This document shows positions 61,348-64,000 of a DNA stretch of 64,000 nt, piece by piece. The translations under genes and the position numbers were made by a program. The notes below the pieces were generated by a model. That model saw only the letters and a list, made by a program, of their open reading frames with translations, was not told where the DNA came from and did no database searches. Each line of letters begins with the position of its first letter. Position 1 is the stretch's first letter. This DNA comes from Promethearchaeota archaeon (lineage in GTDB: Archaea; Asgardarchaeota; Lokiarchaeia; Sigyniarchaeales; SOKP01): positions 64,001-128,000 of the forward strand of contig JALGVJ010000006.1 of assembly GCA_029838195.1 (NCBI GenBank). The letters are read 5' to 3'.

Positions 61348-62886
61348 TCAGCTGGCTTCATCTACTTCCATACCATAACCAATCAATCGATACCGCTGGT
61401 TTATCACGCGGGAAATGGCGTAAATAAATCCCTTAGGAGGACAAATCGGGGGATTTAATTTTATCTCGTAGGAATCTTTTAAGATCCTGCTTACTACGCC
61501 TCCCGTCTTTTCTGTCCCGACCACTATCAATAACCTTTCATTATGCTTTAGGGGGTGCACTTTTAACTGCAATTCGCTTCCAATTACCTTATCAAATAAA
61601 GTAATCTTTAGCTTCACCTTATCCTTAATTTCCGGTAAAGCACCTATTTTCCCCGCAATGTTTCCACTTAACGAATCACCCTTCGTCAGAGAGGGATCCA
61701 GCTTTGTACCAATCCCTATTAGCCCTCCTGGCTTGGCTTTCTCTAATAGATTCCTCCCTTGACTTATACTGGTAACAATGGTTCGAATGGGTTGATATCC
61801 ATCTTTTAATCGTAATCCCGGTCGAATTTCTATTTCCTCTCCTACCGAAATCGTGCCTTTTAACACGGAACCCCCTATTACCCCTCCTCTTAAATCTTCT
61901 ATGGACGTTCCCGGCTTATTAATGTCAAAAGACCGGGCCACCAAGAATTGAAAATCCTCATTTTCATCCAATTTCGGTGTAGGTATGATTTCCTCGAATG
62001 CCTTCACTACTAATTCCATGTTGGCTCCAAACACCGCCGATACCGGAATGATCGGAGCGTTCTCGGCTATAGTTCCTTTGACGAATTTTTTTATTTGATC
62101 CCGATTGCGTAAAGCCTGTTCTCTCGACACCGCATCAATTTTATTCTGAATGATGATGATCTTGTCAATCTTCGCAATTTCTAACGCTGCCAAATGCTCT
62201 CTCGTCTGCGGCTGCGGACAGTCCTCATCCGCCGCGATTAATAAACACGCACCGTCCATTAAGGATGCTCCACTTAACATGGTAGCCATTAAAATTTCAT
62301 GACCGGGCGCATCCACGAATGAGATGTTCCTTTTAAATTCTAACTTGCCCTTGCAATTTGGACACGTGAACCGTGGTTGGCCTTTTTCTCTTTTTTGTTC
62401 CGCCATATAGTCGGTTAAATATAAATCGCAAGCAGGACAATATAAAATGGTCGTGTTTGAATATCCTAATTTGATGGAAATTCCACGTTCCTGCTCTTCT
62501 GAATGTCTATCCGTCCAATCTCCGGTAAGAGCTTTTACCAGAGTAGTTTTTCCGTGGTCTACATGTCCTACTAATCCAATATTACATTCAGCTTGAGATT
62601 TCATCAATTCTTTTATATTGGTCTTTCTCTTCTCTTTCTTTTCTTTTTTTTTTGTTTTTACTTTTTCTTTTGGTTTTACCATTTCCCCTTGTTCATTTTC
62701 TATTTGTTTAAGGTAATTTTTTGCGTTTTCAATGTATTTTTGAGCGGTAGATTCGCGGATTCCCTTGATTTTAAGGAGGGTTTCTATTGAGGCGGAGGCG
62801 AGGTCTTCGATGGTATTGATTCCCGCTTTTTTTAGGATTTGGGCGGTTTTTTTTCCAATTCCACTGATTTCTTCTAGAGAGGCCAT
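61348..62886 (-). CDS. eif2g: Translation initiation factor 2 gamma subunit with N-terminal HhH domain and Lys-rich linker
   Basis: NIGLVGHVDHGKTT, RGISIKLGY, DAPGHE.LMATMLSG, PQPQTREH, QNKID, RSFDINKPG. Confidence 0.93.
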   Translation of the reverse strand: MASLEEISGIGKKTAQILKKAGINTIEDLASASIETLLKIKGIRESTAQKYIENAKNYLKQIENEQGEMVKPKEKVKTKKKEKKEKRKTNIKELMKSQAECNIGLVGHVDHGKTTLVKALTGDWTDRHSEEQERGISIKLGYSNTTILYCPACDLYLTDYMAEQKREKGQPRFTCPNCKGKLEFKRNISFVDAPGHEILMATMLSGASLMDGACLLIAADEDCPQPQTREHLAALEIAKIDKIIIIQNKIDAVSREQALRNRDQIKKFVKGTIAENAPIIPVSAVFGANMELVVKAFEEIIPTPKLDENEDFQFLVARSFDINKPGTSIEDLRGGVIGGSVLKGTISVGEEIEIRPGLRLKDGYQPIRTIVTSISQGRNLLEKAKPGGLIGIGTKLDPSLTKGDSLSGNIAGKIGALPEIKDKVKLKITLFDKVIGSELQLKVHPLKHNERLLIVVGTEKTGGVVSRILKDSYEIKLNPPICPPKGFIYAISRVINQRYRLIGYGMEVDEAS

Positions 62887-63019
62887 GGTTAAAATTTAAA
62901 TATAGTAATATTCTTTTAATAGTGAAACTTTTCTCACGCTTTCTATTGTAATGTAATGTGATATTTTTTATTAATTTATTTAAAAACTTAAAGCTATTTT
63001 GTTGAGGGTCGTAAGTTCT

Positions 63020-63259
63020 TTAGCTAATTGTATGGATGGTTTTGATTTTTTGTCCTTGTTTCACCTCTTTTTTATAGGATTCTTTATAACTCACCTGTAA
63101 GAGACTATCGAAGTAAAAAGTGGAGGTTTGATTGCATGCATCATCGGCATGATGGATGTAGACGGGGGCGGGATAACGACTCGTATCAAGATCTTTTGAT
63201 TCGATTTTAAAAATTATTTTTTTATTACACGCAGGGCAAGTATTAAATCGTATGGGCAC
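63020..63259 (-). CDS. Small Zn-ribbon-like hypothetical protein
   Basis: CPAC...HH...C...FYFD. Confidence 0.65.
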   Translation of the reverse strand: MPIRFNTCPACNKKIIFKIESKDLDTSRYPAPVYIHHADDACNQTSTFYFDSLLQVSYKESYKKEVKQGQKIKTIHTIS

Positions 63260-63483
63260 TTCTTGTTCTCTTGTTTAGTTTTAAATGTATTTTATAAAGA
63301 AATAATTGTTTGATTAATTATTAATTTTTTGAGCATTTAGAAAGATTCATGGATTTTTCATGGCATGATTATAAAAAATTGACTGGAGAGGATTCCCTCT
63401 TTTAATTTCAAAAAAAATGATATTAAATTAGTGTGTAATTATTTTACATTATATTGGAGAAAATATTTCATCCATGATTTAAT

Positions 63484-64000
63484 ATGAACCGTATTTGCCG
63501 GAAAAGAAGTATTCTATTCTGTCTCGTTGTACTTATTTTAATGGGTTTCTTAATAATTCCCGAATGGGGCAAAAAAAAAGAAATAATTGGTCCAGCTACG
63601 GCAAGTCAAGGAGTTAGTTTATTTACTGGAACGGAGACTAATGCCATTTCCATTAATGCAAGCGTATTGCCAAAAATAAATAATAGTGCGTTAAATTCTG
63701 CTTGGAAAGACACTACCATTGATATGATAATTATTACACCCGATAAATCTGGATTCATAAATGCCATTACTCCCCTCATGGAATGGAAAAATCAAAAAGG
63801 CGTGACAACAATAATTTTATCTAATTTCTCTAAATATGAAGGGAAAGATACTTCGGAAAAAATTAGGAACATGATAAAATTCTATCATGAAAATCATGGT
63901 ACTCAATGGGTCTTACTGGCTGGCGATGCGGAAGAAGATTTAATTCCTATTAGAAAAGTATATAATCCGGACGTCGTGGAAGTTGGTCAAGGAGAAAGCG
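63484..64000 (+). CDS. Secreted C25 (gingipain-like) cysteine peptidase, truncated by the window edge
   Basis: Not in the ORF track. Signal-like N-terminus, then DMIIITP...PLMEWKNQKGV...EKIRNMIK...WVLLAGD...IPIR. Confidence 0.82.
   Translation, partial: MNRICRKRSILFCLVVLILMGFLIIPEWGKKKEIIGPATASQGVSLFTGTETNAISINASVLPKINNSALNSAWKDTTIDMIIITPDKSGFINAITPLMEWKNQKGVTTIILSNFSKYEGKDTSEKIRNMIKFYHENHGTQWVLLAGDAEEDLIPIRKVYNPDVVEVGQGES

Noticed and set aside
807-62790. Many 60-137 aa ORFs nested in or antisense to well-supported genes, including 61243..61458 and 20150..20401
   Set aside because: Shadow ORFs with no motifs, overlapping confident genes or low-complexity promoter DNA.

Overview
AT-rich archaeal chromosomal window, almost certainly from an Asgard archaeon of the Lokiarchaeia type. 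Evidence: four Rab-like small GTPases, longin-like and V4R proteins, ribosomal protein eL22, PSTK, aIF2-gamma, Cdc48, form III RuBisCO and a tetraether synthase (Tes)-type radical SAM. Main blocks: argS-agmatinase-deoxyhypusine synthase; a ~13 kb hdrCB-A-A-mvhD-A-flxDCBA-frhB electron-bifurcation cluster; a GTPase/thioredoxin-like/V4R/FYVE-like-finger cluster at 20-25 kb; and housekeeping or peptide-catabolism genes. The ORF track misses lysW, two edge-truncated genes (DegT-type aminotransferase, C25 peptidase) and a GNAT pseudogene with an exact 87-bp duplication. Most notable unexplained signals: (1) a ~470-nt non-coding, helix-rich, pseudoknot-capable segment at 42.19-42.67 kb with its own TATA-like box and T-run; (2) abrupt local GC-skew inversions inside single genes (~14.4 and ~62.6 kb), independent of gene direction; (3) apparent non-AUG initiation (CTG/ATC/ATT), alongside an aIF2-gamma with an N-terminal HhH domain; (4) strong over-representation of CACGTG. 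No tRNA, rRNA, CRISPR array or transposase was recognised. All annotations come from motif recognition by eye; no searches were run.
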